The notes under the pieces were generated by a model. That model was not told where the DNA came from. It was given only the letters and a program-made list of their open reading frames with translations, and did no database searches. From Torpedo marmorata (lineage: Eukaryota), in NCBI GenBank assembly GCA_977017645.1, contig OZ360220.1:87792001-87856000 (forward strand): 64,000 nt of DNA. The letters run 5' to 3'. Made by a program: the position numbers and the translations under genes. Of this stretch, positions 60,941-64,000 are shown piece by piece. Position 1 is the stretch's first letter. The number at the start of each line of letters is the position of its first letter.

Positions 60941-63900
60941 ATGGTTGTAGGAGAATTTTTGGAATCACCTGAACCTGATATTTTTAAAAAAGGTGAAAAA
61001 GGAACAGTTAGTGGTTATAGCAACAGGGTTGGGCATTGCTTCTGTAAAACCATTTATGAAAAAGGCAAAGAGTGGGAGAAAAATTGTCAAATACTATATA
61101 AAAGAAAAAAAGTTTGAGGAGAGCGTGTTAGAGCAGTTTCCCAAGGGTAAACCTTCTGAGAACATATAGTTGGAAATAAAGAAATTGGAATTGGAGGCAG
61201 CCAGGGAACAGAAGGAATTGGAATTGGAGGCAGCCAGGGAACAAAAGAAATTAGAATTGGAGGCAGACAGGGAACAAAAGGAATTGGAATTGGAACTGGA
61301 ACAAAAGAAATTAAACACGGAATTGGAACAAAAGAAATTAAACACAGAATTGGAACAAAAGAGATTAGACTTACAGAACGAGGATAAAAATAGGATATAT
61401 GTGCTGGAAAAGATAAAGTTGGAGAATGAGGGAAGACAAGAAGAGCACCAAGATCAAATTTGTCATCCAGTTGAGGGGTTTTTGGCTAGTAGAGGTTAGG
61501 TTGGTTCCTCCATTTGAGGAGGCAGAAATAGATAAGTACTTCCAGCATTTTGAGAAGGTAGCTGTGAAATTAAAATGGCCACAATACCAATGGTCTCTTA
61601 TGTTACAAAGTGTAATAAAAGGAAAAGCTCAGCAAGCTTATTCTACTCTTACCACGGAGCAAGCTGCTGATTATGAAACGGTGAAAAAGGCTATACTCCA
61701 GGCTTATGAGTTAGTTCCAGAGGCTTATAGACAGAAGTTTAGAAATTTTAAAAGATCAGCAACCCAATCTTACACAGAGTTTGCCTATGAAAAGTTTGTG
61801 TGTTTTGATCGGTGGTGCACATCTAAGGCGGTAAACAATGATTACAATCAATTGAGAGAATTGATAATAATCGAGGAGATAAAAAGGTGTGTTCCTGAGG
61901 ATATTAAGGCATACTTAGATGAAAAGGAGGTGAAAACTTGGCAAAATTCAGCTAAGTTAGCAGATGAATATGCTTTAACCCACAAGCCTAAGTGGACGTC
62001 AGGCAGAATTTTCCAAAAGGTCACTGTGGATAATCACAAGCAAGTGGAAAGTAAATTTGGAAGTGGTGTTAAGGAAAGGGATGAAGGAAAGTGGAAAAGG
62101 GAAAACCATTTGGGTCCCATTTGCCACTACTGTAGGAAGGCTGGTCATATGCTAGCAAGTTGTCCAGTGTTGAAAAAGAAGAGAGAAAAGGATGCAACAC
62201 CTAATGCTTGTATTCAAAGTGAGAAGAGGCATAACACCCAGGAAGGAGATAAATTTACTGACAAAGTTAGAGATGTATTTAAACCTTTTGTGACTGATGG
62301 TTTTGTTTCAGTTAAGGCAGGATCAAAACAAGTTTCAGTGAAAATCTTGCGAGATACTGGAGCTGCTCAGTCACTTATGTTAGATAGTGTATTGGAATTT
62401 TGTGAAGCTACTGACACCGGTGACATAAATTTAATTAAAGGAATTGGGGGTGATGTTGAGTCTATTCCTTTGCACAAAATAGTATTGGACTCAGACTTGG
62501 TGGAAGGTCCTGTTATAATAGGAGTGAGATCAGAGTTGCCAGTAGAAGGAGTCTCAATGTTGCTAGGCAATGACTTGGCCAAGGGTAAAGTATTTCCTGC
62601 AGTGCGAATGACCAATAAGCCAGTCATTGATAAGTCAGAGAAAGACTCTAATATTTATCCGGCATGTGCCATAACCAGGGCCATGACTAAGAAAAATGTC
62701 ACTGTAGAGAAGGCAGTGGAAAATAACTTGGTAAAAGAAAAAGACACTGATAATCAAGAACACCTGGAAAAGGTTGAGCAATCTCCTGCGTTACACCCAT
62801 CCACTGATAAGACACCTAAAGGCACAGATTTGTCACTATCCCGACAGGAGCTAATAGCAAGGCAAAAGGATGATCCTGATCTTGCTGAGGTGAGGGATAA
62901 GGTTCTCTCTGAAGAGGAGATTAAAAAGGTGCCAATGGGTTATTATGAAAAAGATGGGGTGTTGATGAGAAAGTTGAGACCATGTTATGTTCCTGCCAAT
63001 GAAGACTGGGCAGTAGTGCAGCAGGTTGTGATCCCTAAAGTATATAGGGATGCAATAATAACTTTGGCTCATAGTACACCCTTAGGTGGTCACCTTGGGT
63101 TGAAGAAAACTATAAGGAAGATAATGAAACAATTTTATTGGCCCTGTTTGAGAAGGGAGGTTGTAAGCTTTTGCCGGGCCTGTCACACTTGTCAGGTGGT
63201 GGGTAAACCTAATCAGGGTCCCCCGGTGGCACCCTTGCAACATATCCCTGCTTTCAGTGAGCCTTTCTCGAGAGTAATTGTGGACTGTGTTGGCCCATTG
63301 CCCAAAACCAAAGCGGGGAATGAGTATTTGTTAACAATTATGTGTGCAGCCACCAGATTTCCAGAGGCCATTCCTCTGAGAAACATTAAAGCAAAGACAA
63401 TTGTAAAGGCTATGGTAAAGTTTTTCACCTTGGTAGGTTTGCCAAGGGAAATTCAATCAGATCAGGGCAGTAATTTCATGTCAGGCGTTTTCCAACAAGT
63501 GGTTGATGGACTGGGAGTTAAACAGATTGTATCCTCTGCGCACCATCCAGAAAGTCAAGGGGCCTTGGAGAGGTTCCATTCGACTTTGAAAAACATGATT
63601 AGAACCTATTGTTGTGAGAAGGAAAAGGATTGGGATGAGGGGGTTCATTTGTTGTTATTTGCAGCGAGGGACTCTGTCCAAGAATCACTTGGTTTTAGTC
63701 CATTCGAGTTAGTTTTTGGACATGAGGTGACAGGTCCTTTAAGATTATTAAAAGAACAGTGGATTAATAGTGATGTGCATTTAAATCTGTTAGATTATGT
63801 TTCCAAATTTAAGGATCGGTTGCATAGGGCTTGTGAGATGGCAAAGGAGAATTTAAAGGCCACTCAACAGAGAATGAAGGTTTGGTATGATCGAAAGGCT

Positions 63901-64000
63901 AAGATGAGAACTTTTAAACCTGGTGAGAACGTATTAGTTCTGTTTCCCATCCATTCAAATCCTCTTAGGGCTAGATTTTCAGGACCCTACAGAGTTAAGT
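60941..64000 (+). pseudogene. Gmr1-like gag-pol: coiled coil, SCAN-like capsid, CCHC knuckle, protease, integrase
   Basis: Manually translated. The 5' part has a frameshift/stop, but 61501-64000 is open: LVPPFEE...YELVPEAYRQKFR, CHYCRKAGHMLASC, LRDTGA, LLGND, H-x6-H...CHTC, VDCVGP, SDQGSNF, SQGALER. Missing from the ORF track, probably because it runs off the end. Confidence 0.92.
61178..61365 (+). repeat. In-frame 33-nt (KELELEAAREQ) and 27-nt (KKLNTELEQ) tandem repeats in gag
   Basis: Direct reading; ORF 61170-61499. Confidence 0.9.

Larger units (their letters stand above)
47961..64000 (+). mobile_element. Gmr1-like Ty3/Gypsy element (5' LTR split by nested L1s; internal region runs off the window)
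   Basis: LTR 47961-48834 plus 60720-60808 is homologous to the solo LTR. PBS at 60813. gag-protease-integrase domains downstream. Confidence 0.92.

Noticed and set aside
1-64000. Prokaryote-type systems (CRISPR, retron, DGR) suggested by abundant RT ORFs
   Set aside because: Every RT fragment sits in a LINE or LTR context with tails, LTRs or TSDs; there are no repeat-spacer arrays or operons.

Overview
Eukaryotic, repeat-saturated vertebrate DNA. A shark/ray origin is inferred from HE1/V-SINE-like SINEs together with CR1, Rex1/Babar and Penelope-type repeats. No host protein-coding exon, tRNA, rRNA or CRISPR could be supported. The window is a stack of nested retroelements: three full-length L1-clade LINEs with resolved target-site duplications (TSDs) plus a fourth L1 3' end, about ten Rex1/Babar-type LINE copies or fragments, several CR1 fragments, a decayed Mag-like Ty3/Gypsy provirus (tRNA-Leu PBS), and a Gmr1-like Gypsy element (tRNA-Pro PBS, protease-integrase order, about 830 open codons running off the window) with a solo LTR of the same family. 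There are also two Tigger-like MITEs and a composite hAT MITE. The most interesting signals come from comparing the diverged L1 copies: a covarying RNA structure in the ORF1-ORF2 spacer, YY1 and NRF1 motifs conserved inside ORF1, a conserved YY1-like 5' end, and a 3'-terminal stem-loop. All alignments and pairings were done by eye.
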